Positions 1 through 7,848 of a DNA stretch of 64,000 bases are shown here, piece after piece (within the stretch, counting starts at the first letter, position 1; the number at the start of each line of letters is the position of its first letter). The notes under the pieces were generated by a model, which saw nothing but the letters and a program-made list of their open reading frames with translations, ran no database searches and had not been told where the DNA came from. Origin of the DNA: a virus; the IMG/VR virus record IMGVR_UViG_3300027759_003534, positions 64,001-128,000 of that record; one strand, 5' to 3'. A program made the position numbers and the translations under genes.

Positions 1-332
1 CCCATGTCAAATCCCAGCAGGTATATGCGGGTATTCCCGTCTTGTGCTGCCAACCCTGTAGCAATAGGACCACTACTAAATCCAAAGTATGGTTTGGGTA
101 CCCCTTGTGCGCCTAGGCCTGCAATGGGTCTGCGAGTGTGAAATCTATGTTGGGCACTGTATCCAGATTCTTGTATGTGTGTGGCGATGGGTCGGTCAGT
201 AGATATCAACACATCTGGAGTAAATTCTCTGTACAGGGCATTACAGCCGTAGACAGTGCCCAACAGTTGTAGTTGGTGTAAATCAACGCCTTGGCGGCTA
301 ATGCCGTTGCCTAACACAAATGCTCGAGTCAT
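1..332 (-). CDS. Partial (runs off window) Maf/DUF115-like or GT29/42-like glycosyltransferase-fold protein
   Basis: Not in the ORF track; translated by hand from ATG at 332: MTRAFVLGNGISR...YGCNALYREFTPDVLISTD...FSSGPIATGLAAQDGNTRIYLLGFDMG. The GNG-S, GCNALYR, SSG and IYLLGFD motifs are typical of this fold. Confidence 0.6.
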   Translation of the reverse strand, partial: MTRAFVLGNGISRQGVDLHQLQLLGTVYGCNALYREFTPDVLISTDRPIATHIQESGYSAQHRFHTRRPIAGLGAQGVPKPYFGFSSGPIATGLAAQDGNTRIYLLGFDM

Positions 333-334
333 AA

Positions 335-366
335 AAAATCCCCACAGTACTTATTGTGGGGATTTT
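335..366 (-). terminator. Intrinsic terminator hairpin that also carries a TAAGTA late-promoter variant in its loop and the next gene's SD in its 3' arm
   Basis: Minus strand reads AAAATCCCCACA-ATAAGTAC-TGTGGGGATTTT-TT-ATG: a 12-bp stem plus U-tract directly after the stop of 382..1203. Confidence 0.75.
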
Positions 367-381
367 AGGGCTACAACAAAA

Positions 382-1203
382 TTAGCTTGTGTAGTTTTCT
401 ACAATAGCAAGATCTAAAGCGCCTGTTGCCAATTGCTCTGAACCGTTGGTTCCCCATGTGTCAACTTCGGCACCGGATTTGGCTGTTGTGCCTTCGTCAC
501 TGAAGAAGTTGTCAGCGTATACCACATTGTTAACAACCTGATCTGCATTCCAAACATCCCCGGTGTTAGCAACACCGCCAACTTCGCCGCCAGCAAAGTT
601 TTGTAGGAACTTGTTGGTCAACTTACTGATTGCTGTTTCAACAGAGTCGTTACTAAAATAACTAATACTCATGTTTCCAGCAGTTGGTGTTAAATCACTT
701 GTTAATACACAAATACCAACTTCTTGAGCTGTGCCAGTGGTGCCTGCACCAGCGGCTGCTGTTGGTGTGAAAACAGTACCTACACCATAGCCTGCTGGAG
801 CACCCATGGCTGTCCAGTTAGTATCGCCAACTACTCGAATACGTAGTGCCACTGATGGTGATCCACCGATTACTGCGTTTTCTGGATCAATGCCAGCGTT
901 AGTAGATACCAAAAACTTGTGTGAACCTTTTTGACGGATGATTAATCCGGCTGCTTGACCGCTGGAACTATTAGTAATATTTACTTCGCACTTGACTACT
1001 GGATAGTTTGCAGTGGCCACTGTTGGAGGCTGAACACCACCAACTACGCCAAGATATTCTGTGCCAGTCCAAGTATTACTTGGGTACACAGGTGCTGTTA
1101 AACTTGTTAGTGCATTGAAACCAATATCAACACCAGGGTTTGCACCGGTACTGGCGTTATAACTAGCTTCGGTAATTTTTTTGATTTTAAGAGGACGTCC
1201 CAT
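382..1203 (-). CDS. Putative virion structural protein (273 aa, Gly/Thr/Ala-rich)
   Basis: Long ORF, strong SD AAGGAG, late promoter at 1298-1303, lies downstream of the head genes. Function inferred from context only. Confidence 0.55.
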   Translation of the reverse strand: MGRPLKIKKITEASYNASTGANPGVDIGFNALTSLTAPVYPSNTWTGTEYLGVVGGVQPPTVATANYPVVKCEVNITNSSSGQAAGLIIRQKGSHKFLVSTNAGIDPENAVIGGSPSVALRIRVVGDTNWTAMGAPAGYGVGTVFTPTAAAGAGTTGTAQEVGICVLTSDLTPTAGNMSISYFSNDSVETAISKLTNKFLQNFAGGEVGGVANTGDVWNADQVVNNVVYADNFFSDEGTTAKSGAEVDTWGTNGSEQLATGALDLAIVENYTS

Positions 1204-1292
1204 TTTGTTTTCTCCTTAAAGAAGTCCGATCGGAGTTCTAGTCCGTACGCGGTAGGGTTCTAGTCCGCCGCATAAAACGCATGATTGCGTTG
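1204..1292 (-). promoter_or_regulatory. Structured ~89-nt 5' UTR with repeated CGGACTAGAAC stem-loops
   Basis: The 11-mer occurs twice (1235-1245, 1257-1267) and CGGACT a third time (1223-1228). Hairpins: ACGCA/TGCGT, TATGCGG/CCGCGTA, CGGA/TCCG, and CTTCT/AGGAG covering the SD. Confidence 0.55.
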
Positions 1293-1297
1293 ACAAG

Positions 1298-1303
1298 TAT
1301 TTA
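1298..1303 (-). promoter_or_regulatory. T4-type late promoter TAAATA
   Basis: Core of the T4 gp55 consensus TATAAATA, ~95 nt upstream of 382..1203. Confidence 0.65.
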
Positions 1304-1340
1304 TGGCACTGCAAATATTTTGGGTGCGTACCGAGCAAAT

Positions 1341-1346
1341 TAAATA
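1341..1346 (+). promoter_or_regulatory. Late promoter TAAATA, leaderless arrangement
   Basis: TAAATA-CATGC-ATG(1352), no SD. Confidence 0.65.
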
Positions 1347-1351
1347 CATGC

Positions 1352-2500
1352 ATGGATACAGAACACTTGGTAGCACACGGCAATACCTGCCGAGAACAAC
1401 ACAACCCTGAAGGTGCCTTGGCCTACTATGCCCAAGCTCTAACACAGGATCGACATCACGCAGGTGCGTTTAATAATTATGGCAATGTGCTACGTGAATC
1501 AGGTGATCCTGCAGGTGGTATTCCGTTTTTGCAACGGGCTATACAACTGGATCCCACCAATGTCACTGCTCAATTTAATCTAGCTGTGGCTTACTTGCTG
1601 AGTGGTGACTATGCTCGCGGATGGCCGCAGTATGAGTGGCGCTGGCGGTACGAACACCTAAATGGTCAATTACCCACGTATGAGCAACCGCGCTGGACTG
1701 GCCAGGATTTAAAAGACAAAACTATCTTGGTGTTGGGTGAACAAGGGCATGGGGATAATATACAGTTTATCCGCTTTGTGGGTGACTTGTCTGGTCGTGG
1801 TGCTCGAGTACTAGTTGCTGTAAATCCGAGCCTTATTCCCTTATTCCAGAGCATTCCACAAATTACAGAATTATTTGGGCCAGATCAGCCGTTGCCAGCG
1901 TTTGATTATTGGACTCCTATCATGAGTATTCCTGGTGCAATTGGTAATACCTTAGACAATCTAAGTCATGTGCAATACTACCTTCGAGCTGACGAACAGT
2001 TGGCACGAGCTTGGCAAGAAAAATTAGGACCAAAGACTCGACTGCGTGTGGGCTTTTGCTGGTCGGGTCGAAAAGATACCTGGATTAATCAACACAAGGC
2101 CATGCCTTTTGAAACCATGTTGGCCTTGATCCAACGCAATCCCAGCTATGAGTGGGTTAATCTACAGTGCGATTGTAGTTCAGAAGAAGAACAGCAATTG
2201 GTTGCTGCTGGCGTTCGAGCATATCCTGGGGCTATCACCACGTTTGCAGATACAGCGGCCTTGATACATCACATGGATGTTGTGCTGGCTGTGGATACTG
2301 CTGTGGCACACTTGTCAGGTGCATTAGGACGACCTGTTTGGGTCATGTTAAATCAGTTTGGTCTAGACTGGCGCTGGTTGTTGAATCGTGATTCAAGTCC
2401 GTGGTATAGCACTGCCACCTTGTTCCGCCAACCAGTCATGGGCGACTGGGCCAGTGTAACTGACCGGATTGACAAATATCTCAGTTGGTATAAAGTCTAA
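1352..2500 (+). CDS. TPR-repeat protein fused to a GT9-like (GT-B) glycosyltransferase
   Basis: N-terminal TPRs (ALAYYAQAL, AFNNYGNVLRESG, AQFNLAVAYL, GWPQYEWRW), then EQGHGDNIQFIRF, FADTAALIHHMDVVLAVDTAVAHLSGALGRPVWVML and DSSPWYSTATLFRQ. Confidence 0.85.
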   Translation: MDTEHLVAHGNTCREQHNPEGALAYYAQALTQDRHHAGAFNNYGNVLRESGDPAGGIPFLQRAIQLDPTNVTAQFNLAVAYLLSGDYARGWPQYEWRWRYEHLNGQLPTYEQPRWTGQDLKDKTILVLGEQGHGDNIQFIRFVGDLSGRGARVLVAVNPSLIPLFQSIPQITELFGPDQPLPAFDYWTPIMSIPGAIGNTLDNLSHVQYYLRADEQLARAWQEKLGPKTRLRVGFCWSGRKDTWINQHKAMPFETMLALIQRNPSYEWVNLQCDCSSEEEQQLVAAGVRAYPGAITTFADTAALIHHMDVVLAVDTAVAHLSGALGRPVWVMLNQFGLDWRWLLNRDSSPWYSTATLFRQPVMGDWASVTDRIDKYLSWYKV

Positions 2501-2799
2501 GGCTGGTAATAAATGACTTCGCCGGTGACAGGATTGTAGTACATGGCATAAAATCCTGCAGGTACAGTATTGCTGACTCTGGCAGGACCTAGATATAAGT
2601 TGGCGCCTGATCCTGATATGACCAAATTCAAGTTGCCATCCACATTGCCCAGATAGATATTTCCGGTGTTGGGATTCACAGTCATCTCACCTGGTCTAGC
2701 ATTGCCGTTGTAGTTGGTCACAGACTCCTGAGCGTTGTCTTTCATAACTGTTCTAGTGATGCCAGTTATGTCTGCGTATGGTGGAGGTGGATTTGCCAT
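2497..2799 (-). CDS. Small putative virion protein (100 aa)
   Basis: Late promoter 5 nt upstream. RPGEMTVNPNTGNIYLG resembles the N-terminal motif of tropism-determinant/fibre proteins (weak). Confidence 0.5.
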   Translation of the reverse strand: MANPPPPYADITGITRTVMKDNAQESVTNYNGNARPGEMTVNPNTGNIYLGNVDGNLNLVISGSGANLYLGPARVSNTVPAGFYAMYYNPVTGEVIYYQP

Positions 2800-2804
2800 A
2801 CCAG

Positions 2805-2810
2805 TATTTA
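2805..2810 (-). promoter_or_regulatory. Late promoter TAAATA, leaderless arrangement
   Basis: TAAATA-CTGGT-ATG(2799); overlaps the HNH stop codon. Confidence 0.65.
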
Positions 2811-3548
2811 GCGGCTTGGGCAGTGATCGCCGTGCCAGCGGGCGTAACCATTCACAGCTACCAGTTGATCACAGTGCGGGCATAGCCGCTTTTCACGCTT
2901 CTTGCCCATGTTAGCTAGACTTCTTGCCAACTTTTCTTCTTCAGTTTGTTTACGGCCACGCAGTTTGTCTCCAATTTTTTTACGAGTGTTGTCTGATACT
3001 TCTGCTCCATAACGTGGGTTATTTTTTCCTGACTGTGCGGCTGATAATTTTGCTCGATGTTCTTCTGTTATAGGAGGTTTCGTTTTGCCAGTTGTGTTTG
3101 CCACCAATCTTGCATGTTGTTCTGGTGTCAGCGTATTACCTAGATTTTTTTGTCTAATTTTTTCTCTTGCTTCTGGTGTATGTGTTTTGCCCCACATTGG
3201 GTTTTTCTCCCCAAGGATTCTTTCACGTTGTAGTATTGCATATTCTTGTTTAATACTTTCATATACTCGTGCGGTAATTTTTGTAGCATAACGTTGTTGT
3301 CCTGATTTCTCTGCTCGCATCATCCTAAGTGCATTTAGCATTTTATGATGTTCTTGTCCTGTAGTCATTTTGACCAACAACCAATGGCATACAAAGTGTT
3401 CTCTAGCAGTTAGATTTACCAAGTTATCTGGCTCATCTCCACCACCTAAACTACGTGGTACTATGTGATGACTCTCTGTGTAAGTTTCTAGGACACGATT
3501 TTTGGCTCGATTTGTAATGTTTGCGTACCATTGTTTATATTTGTTCAT
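2808..3548 (-). CDS. Free-standing HNH homing endonuclease with NUMOD3 repeats (246 aa; start revised from 3641 to 3548)
   Basis: ESHHIVPRSLGGGDEPDNLVNLTAREHFVCHWLL (HNH), GEKNPMWGKTHTPEAREKI and SGKNNPRYG (NUMOD3), C-terminal CPHC...HC. The track start at 3641 runs through the gp23 terminator; MNKY at 3548 has TAAATA 5 nt upstream. Confidence 0.9.
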   Translation of the reverse strand: MNKYKQWYANITNRAKNRVLETYTESHHIVPRSLGGGDEPDNLVNLTAREHFVCHWLLVKMTTGQEHHKMLNALRMMRAEKSGQQRYATKITARVYESIKQEYAILQRERILGEKNPMWGKTHTPEAREKIRQKNLGNTLTPEQHARLVANTTGKTKPPITEEHRAKLSAAQSGKNNPRYGAEVSDNTRKKIGDKLRGRKQTEEEKLARSLANMGKKREKRLCPHCDQLVAVNGYARWHGDHCPSR

Positions 3549-3553
3549 ATGTT

Positions 3554-3559
3554 TATTTA
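3554..3559 (-). promoter_or_regulatory. Late promoter TAAATA, leaderless arrangement
   Basis: TAAATA-AACAT-ATG(3548). Confidence 0.6.
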
Positions 3560-3603
3560 TGTTAGTAAGCTCCATGATAACATTTATAAACAAAAATGTC
3601 AAC

Positions 3604-3627
3604 AAAAAAGCGCCTTTCGGCGCTTTT
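3604..3627 (-). terminator. Rho-independent terminator of the head operon
   Basis: AAAAGCGCC-GAAA-GGCGCTTTTTT on the minus strand, ~45 nt after the gp23 stop. Confidence 0.9.
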
Positions 3628-3671
3628 CTGCTTCTTCCCATCCCTGAGAAAAATAAACAAACAATCTCTGA

Positions 3672-4868
3672 TTAAGAGAAAGACAAGTTTTGGACGGCAA
3701 TCTCCCCGACGTAGTCGGCAGCATTACCAAACGAACTTGCAGTATTTGTTAATTCTACGAAGCCATATCTCGTCATGAAACTTACGACTGGTTCGAATGT
3801 TGACGGATCCAATACCACGCCACTGCTCATCAACGGAATGTATGGGCAATAGAACGCAGCAGCATCAGCTTCGCTTGTACCCTTGTAGCCAACCAATACA
3901 CTAGCTGTATCACTAGCGTAAGAGTTTACAAACACACGCATTGCACCGTTCAATGTACCAACAAACTTAGTGTTTGTAGGAGCTTCAAATGTGCCTTCTG
4001 TTGTGCGGGCAAAAGCACTAGTTGTTGCACTTTGCAATACTGTCAAGCTAGCTGGGGAAACAACAGCCCAGTTACCAGCGCCACGACGTGTACGCTGAGC
4101 GATCAAGTTAGCAACGCGGTTGATCAACACTGCCAAAGCGGCATGCTCATCACCAACGAATGTTGCTGTACCAGATACAGTTGCTTGGTTGTATGTGTAC
4201 TCTGTAGCAGCCAATGTGCTCAAGGATAACAAGATCTCTTGATCAATCTCAGCTGTGATCTCTTGTGCAAGAGCAGCCATGATTTCAGCTTCTACGTCGA
4301 TACCGTGCATGGCTTGTGCATCTTGAGCAGATTCAAATGTCCAACGAGCTTGTAACTTGCGTGTCTTTGCTTCAACAGCTTGCTTCAAGATTTGTACGGA
4401 GATTTGCTTACCGCCTGTGCCTTCCATAACTGCTGTGTTGTTACCTGTGTAACCAGTAGCTGTTGTAGTAGCTTGTGGCACTGTAGAGTAAGCAGTAGCA
4501 ATTGTGAATGGGCTCAAAGCTTCTTGACCAGCTTGGACGCTAGTAGCGGCTGCTGAATTGTCTGTCAAACTCTGTGCATAGCGAACACGTAATGTGTGGA
4601 TTTGGCCTACTGGACCTGTCATTGGCTGTACGCCTACCAACTCGTTAGCAATAACTGTTGGCATAACACGTCGAATAACTGGCAGAATCACACGGTTTAA
4701 TGTGGCGATGTTACCAGAAACTGTAGAACCTGAACTTGCATTCTCACGCAAGTATTTTTTTGTGTTTTCGAGGATAACTGACATGGAAGTACGCTTAGAG
4801 CCGGACAAGCCTTCTAAGAGTGCATCTTTAGTTTCAGTCCAACGACCTTCTAATAATTCTTGTGACAT
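3672..4868 (-). CDS. gp23: Major capsid protein, T4 gp23-like (398 aa)
   Basis: ILPVIRRVMPTVIANELVGVQPMTGPVGQIHTLR, KTRKLQARWTFESAQDAQAMHGIDVEAE, GYKG...FYCPYIPL...FEPVVSFMTRYG; SD AAGGAG. Confidence 0.97.
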   Translation of the reverse strand: MSQELLEGRWTETKDALLEGLSGSKRTSMSVILENTKKYLRENASSGSTVSGNIATLNRVILPVIRRVMPTVIANELVGVQPMTGPVGQIHTLRVRYAQSLTDNSAAATSVQAGQEALSPFTIATAYSTVPQATTTATGYTGNNTAVMEGTGGKQISVQILKQAVEAKTRKLQARWTFESAQDAQAMHGIDVEAEIMAALAQEITAEIDQEILLSLSTLAATEYTYNQATVSGTATFVGDEHAALAVLINRVANLIAQRTRRGAGNWAVVSPASLTVLQSATTSAFARTTEGTFEAPTNTKFVGTLNGAMRVFVNSYASDTASVLVGYKGTSEADAAAFYCPYIPLMSSGVVLDPSTFEPVVSFMTRYGFVELTNTASSFGNAADYVGEIAVQNLSFS

Positions 4869-4895
4869 TTAAGTCTCCTTATATTATGTCTTGGA

Positions 4896-5996
4896 TTACA
4901 GCCCTGCCAAACGCTTTAGATCGATCACATTGCTGGTATTCTCAGCTTGTTGATCTGCATCTGGACTGCGGGCAGATTTATCGCCAGTGGCTTCAGATAA
5001 TGACTCTGTGATTACCTTGGAGGCTTTCGCAGAACGATCTTCTAAAACTGCTGGTAGATACTTTTCAAATGCGTTGGACAAACGAGTTGTCTGTACGCTT
5101 TCGAGCAAACTACGCATCACTTGTTGCTTTTCTTTGTTTAAAGGAGCTAGCAATTCCTCTAAGGCAGCTTCACGCTGATTAGATTCTTTAAGGATACGCA
5201 TTTCGCGTTCTTTGTTTTCGACCAAAACTTTTGCTTTCTGGGCGAATCGGATGGCCTCTGACAGTTTGGCATCTTTGGCAGCGATTGTGTCATGTAGTTT
5301 ACGAACTTCTTGCTTCTCATTTAAATGAGTTGCACCAAATTCACTTGCATACGCTTCAAAAATACGACGTCCAAAATTGTTCTCACGAGCAACTTTGATG
5401 TCTTCTTGTAACTGACTGAGTTCAGCTTTAAGATGTGTGCTAACAGCGTTAGACATTTTCCGGGCACTTTCTGTAACAAAACGTGCTTTGAGTGTTTCTA
5501 ACTGTTTACGAGCTTCACGCACCAAACGAACTTTAGTTTCAACAACGTCCTGTTTGTCTTGTGCAAATTCTTGAATCTCACGTGCAAGTGCATGTACCAC
5601 AAACTGTTCTAGTTTCTGAACACCTTCTGTGTGCATCTTGCGGTCTCGACGCAATTCGCCAATTTCTTCAGCAAGTTTAGTAACCATAAACGAATTGAAC
5701 TTCGTTGCTGATTCTTTCATCTTGCCTTGGAATTTGACGCGATCTTCTGCAAGTGCTTGCTTTTCAGCTGCAACTGCTTGGATTTCTGCGGTAAGACCAT
5801 CTGTTACCATACGATCTAAGGCTTCCACCATCACTGTTTTATCATGCTCATAGCGTTGTGCAAACTCTTCGCGGAGTTCTGCACGTACCTGTTCACGAGC
5901 TTCGTTCAACTGTGTTTCCCATGCTTCTGAGATCTGTTGTTGAGCTTCTTCGTTAATCAAGTCGCTATCTAGTAACGGTTTAATAGCATCTAGCAT
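4896..5996 (-). CDS. gp22: Prohead core scaffold protein, gp22-like
   Basis: Coiled-coil, Glu/Lys/Ala-rich 366-aa protein between the protease and capsid genes, matching T4 gene order 21-22-23. Confidence 0.75.
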   Translation of the reverse strand: MLDAIKPLLDSDLINEEAQQQISEAWETQLNEAREQVRAELREEFAQRYEHDKTVMVEALDRMVTDGLTAEIQAVAAEKQALAEDRVKFQGKMKESATKFNSFMVTKLAEEIGELRRDRKMHTEGVQKLEQFVVHALAREIQEFAQDKQDVVETKVRLVREARKQLETLKARFVTESARKMSNAVSTHLKAELSQLQEDIKVARENNFGRRIFEAYASEFGATHLNEKQEVRKLHDTIAAKDAKLSEAIRFAQKAKVLVENKEREMRILKESNQREAALEELLAPLNKEKQQVMRSLLESVQTTRLSNAFEKYLPAVLEDRSAKASKVITESLSEATGDKSARSPDADQQAENTSNVIDLKRLAGL

Positions 5997-5997
5997 A

Positions 5998-6648
5998 TTA
6001 TTTTCCTTCGATCTTGAGACTACGGATCAAACGAACTACTTCGTCTTTGACGTATCTCTGTGCTTTGCCGCTCTTGGCCGGGTCTTTGAACATATCCAAC
6101 AATCTTTGACCGCCTTTGTGATTCAAAAGGCCTTCATAAATTGCTGTGGGATATGCATTTGGAGCACTCGGCTGAGCAACTACATCTACAGTGACTATTT
6201 CAAAGTCACTGACATGTCCATTAGCGTCGTTTACATTACCCGATCCACGACTGCTAACACCTAGTTTAACACCCGAAGTCAACATGGTCTTAACCAGTTC
6301 TCCCATGGGTGTAGGTAGTATCTTTAGTGTGCCCATTCCAGCAGGGCCATCCATCCACATTTTTTCAATCATGTGACTGACACGATCCAAATTGATTTTT
6401 AAATCATCTGGGTGATCAACTTCGCCTAAAACTGAATGACCAGTTTTGATTTGTTCGTTGATGGTGTCTACTGCATTGGCTATTTCACTTACAGGATATA
6501 CTCGCTCGTTTGCGTTTCTAACGCCGCCCTCAATGCAGATACCTTTCAACTTCATGGTTTTCTGACCAGAGCCATCCATGGCTTCCTCAAGCAAGACTTC
6601 CGCCTGTGCTTGAGTGAAGCTTAGATGTTCTTGTAGATATCGAGCCAT
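5998..6648 (-). CDS. gp21: Prohead maturation protease, gp21-like
   Basis: RNANERVYP, LGEVDHP, LGVSSRGSG and DVVAQPSAPNA motifs. Confidence 0.95.
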   Translation of the reverse strand: MARYLQEHLSFTQAQAEVLLEEAMDGSGQKTMKLKGICIEGGVRNANERVYPVSEIANAVDTINEQIKTGHSVLGEVDHPDDLKINLDRVSHMIEKMWMDGPAGMGTLKILPTPMGELVKTMLTSGVKLGVSSRGSGNVNDANGHVSDFEIVTVDVVAQPSAPNAYPTAIYEGLLNHKGGQRLLDMFKDPAKSGKAQRYVKDEVVRLIRSLKIEGK

Positions 6649-6656
6649 ATCTGTAA

Positions 6657-7514
6657 TTAAGCCTTAGGAAATGGAGTTTTCGTATTCACACCACTGGCTT
6701 GTGTTGTAACCGGCTTTGGAGCTGCTGACATTTGTTTGTTGCCAGTAGCTGGAGAGTTTTGTACTTTACCAATTAACTCGCCGGTCTTAGGAGCAGGACG
6801 GCCTTGCGCTGTGTCACCGGTCATTTTTACAGGACTAGCTACAGCACCCTTAGCGCCACTGTTGTTGGCGTTTGTGCTTTTGGTGTTGGTACCAGCTGGC
6901 TCTGAAGTTACAGGAGCAGGAGCTTTGGCTAGGTTAATAGCTTCCATCATGCCCATTTCTTCATCACTGAATTCAGCTGTGTCTGTGTCATCCATTTCTA
7001 AAGCGTCGCCGCCGTCAATGTCAGATACACTATCGCCACCTTCACCGCCCATTAGGCTCTCAAATTCAGCCATGAGTTCGTCAAGTTTGTCTTCTAAATC
7101 AACCACGCGGTCTTCAATATCAGCACCGTCGTCATGATCTTTTTCCATGTCATGTGTGAGATCTTCGCCGTCTTCTTCAGCAGCGTCGTCAAATTCAACG
7201 TCAGACTCTTCGTCTTCTTGCATGCCTTGTTCCTCAGCTTCTACGTCGTCAATCAAGTCGTCACTAGCGTCGCCGCCCATGTCTTCGTGCATTTCGTCGT
7301 ATTCAATGTCTTTGGCAACTTTTTTGCCAGCTTTTTCAGCATGGTCGTCGCGGTCAGCGTCAGACTCTTCGTCCAACTCTTCTACTTCTTCGTCCATTAA
7401 ATTTTCATAAATTTCACGGGATTTTTCTACCACGATGTCGTGGAAAAGCTCTTTAGCTTTGGCTTCTTCATCATTGATCACGTATTCGATCAATTGTTCA
7501 AATTTCGATGTCAT
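6657..7514 (-). CDS. Highly acidic prohead core/assembly protein (positional analogue of T4 gp67/68)
   Basis: Extremely Asp/Glu-rich 285 aa, first gene of the head operon, SD AAGGAG, late promoter at 7544-7549. Confidence 0.55.
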   Translation of the reverse strand: MTSKFEQLIEYVINDEEAKAKELFHDIVVEKSREIYENLMDEEVEELDEESDADRDDHAEKAGKKVAKDIEYDEMHEDMGGDASDDLIDDVEAEEQGMQEDEESDVEFDDAAEEDGEDLTHDMEKDHDDGADIEDRVVDLEDKLDELMAEFESLMGGEGGDSVSDIDGGDALEMDDTDTAEFSDEEMGMMEAINLAKAPAPVTSEPAGTNTKSTNANNSGAKGAVASPVKMTGDTAQGRPAPKTGELIGKVQNSPATGNKQMSAAPKPVTTQASGVNTKTPFPKA

Positions 7515-7543
7515 AATTTCTCCTTAAGGTATGGCTCGTGAAG

Positions 7544-7549
7544 TATTTA
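7544..7549 (-). promoter_or_regulatory. Late promoter TAAATA of the head operon
   Basis: TAAATA ~30 nt upstream of ATG 7514, followed by AAGGAG. Confidence 0.7.
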
Positions 7550-7616
7550 CTACAGAGCAGTAATACTAGTGTATTATGTGGAGAAAACTGGGTGTTTTTG
7601 ACTGCAAATGTTACAA

Positions 7617-7838
7617 TTACATTGCAGGTGCGGCTGGCGCAGGTGCATACTGCTTTTTGACTTTTTTAAGTTTTTCTTTGAATTCCCAACTTCTAACATC
7701 TTGCATTTGACGCAGTTTGTTTAGCTGGCGCAGAGTTAGTCGTGTTTTACGTAAATTATTCAGTTGAGGTTGGCTGTTATCTTGACTCAAGTCTTGATAT
7801 GCTTCAGGTTCTCGAGAATAAATTTCGTTTAAGATCAT
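7617..7838 (-). CDS. Hypothetical basic protein (73 aa; start revised to 7838)
   Basis: MILNEIYSRE...RKTRLTLRQLNKLRQM. TAAATA at 7843-7848 lies 4 nt upstream; the longer track ORF overlaps the portal gene. Confidence 0.7.
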   Translation of the reverse strand: MILNEIYSREPEAYQDLSQDNSQPQLNNLRKTRLTLRQLNKLRQMQDVRSWEFKEKLKKVKKQYAPAPAAPAM

Positions 7839-7848
7839 GCTGTATTTA

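Noticed and set aside
1235-1267. Repeat-spacer-repeat as a mini CRISPR array
   Set aside because: Only two 11-nt repeats with an 11-nt spacer, and no cas genes; better explained as a 5' UTR structure.
1216-1445. Short track ORFs 1216..1404 and 1260..1445 (-)
   Set aside because: They overlap the leader, promoters and the TPR-GT gene, and have no coding signature.
6736-7410. Long alternative-frame ORFs (also 10261..10608, 11524..11877, 17131..17508, 25395..25871, 45909..46304 and similar)
   Set aside because: Shadow ORFs of well-supported genes, caused by biased codon usage; no RBS, promoter or motifs.
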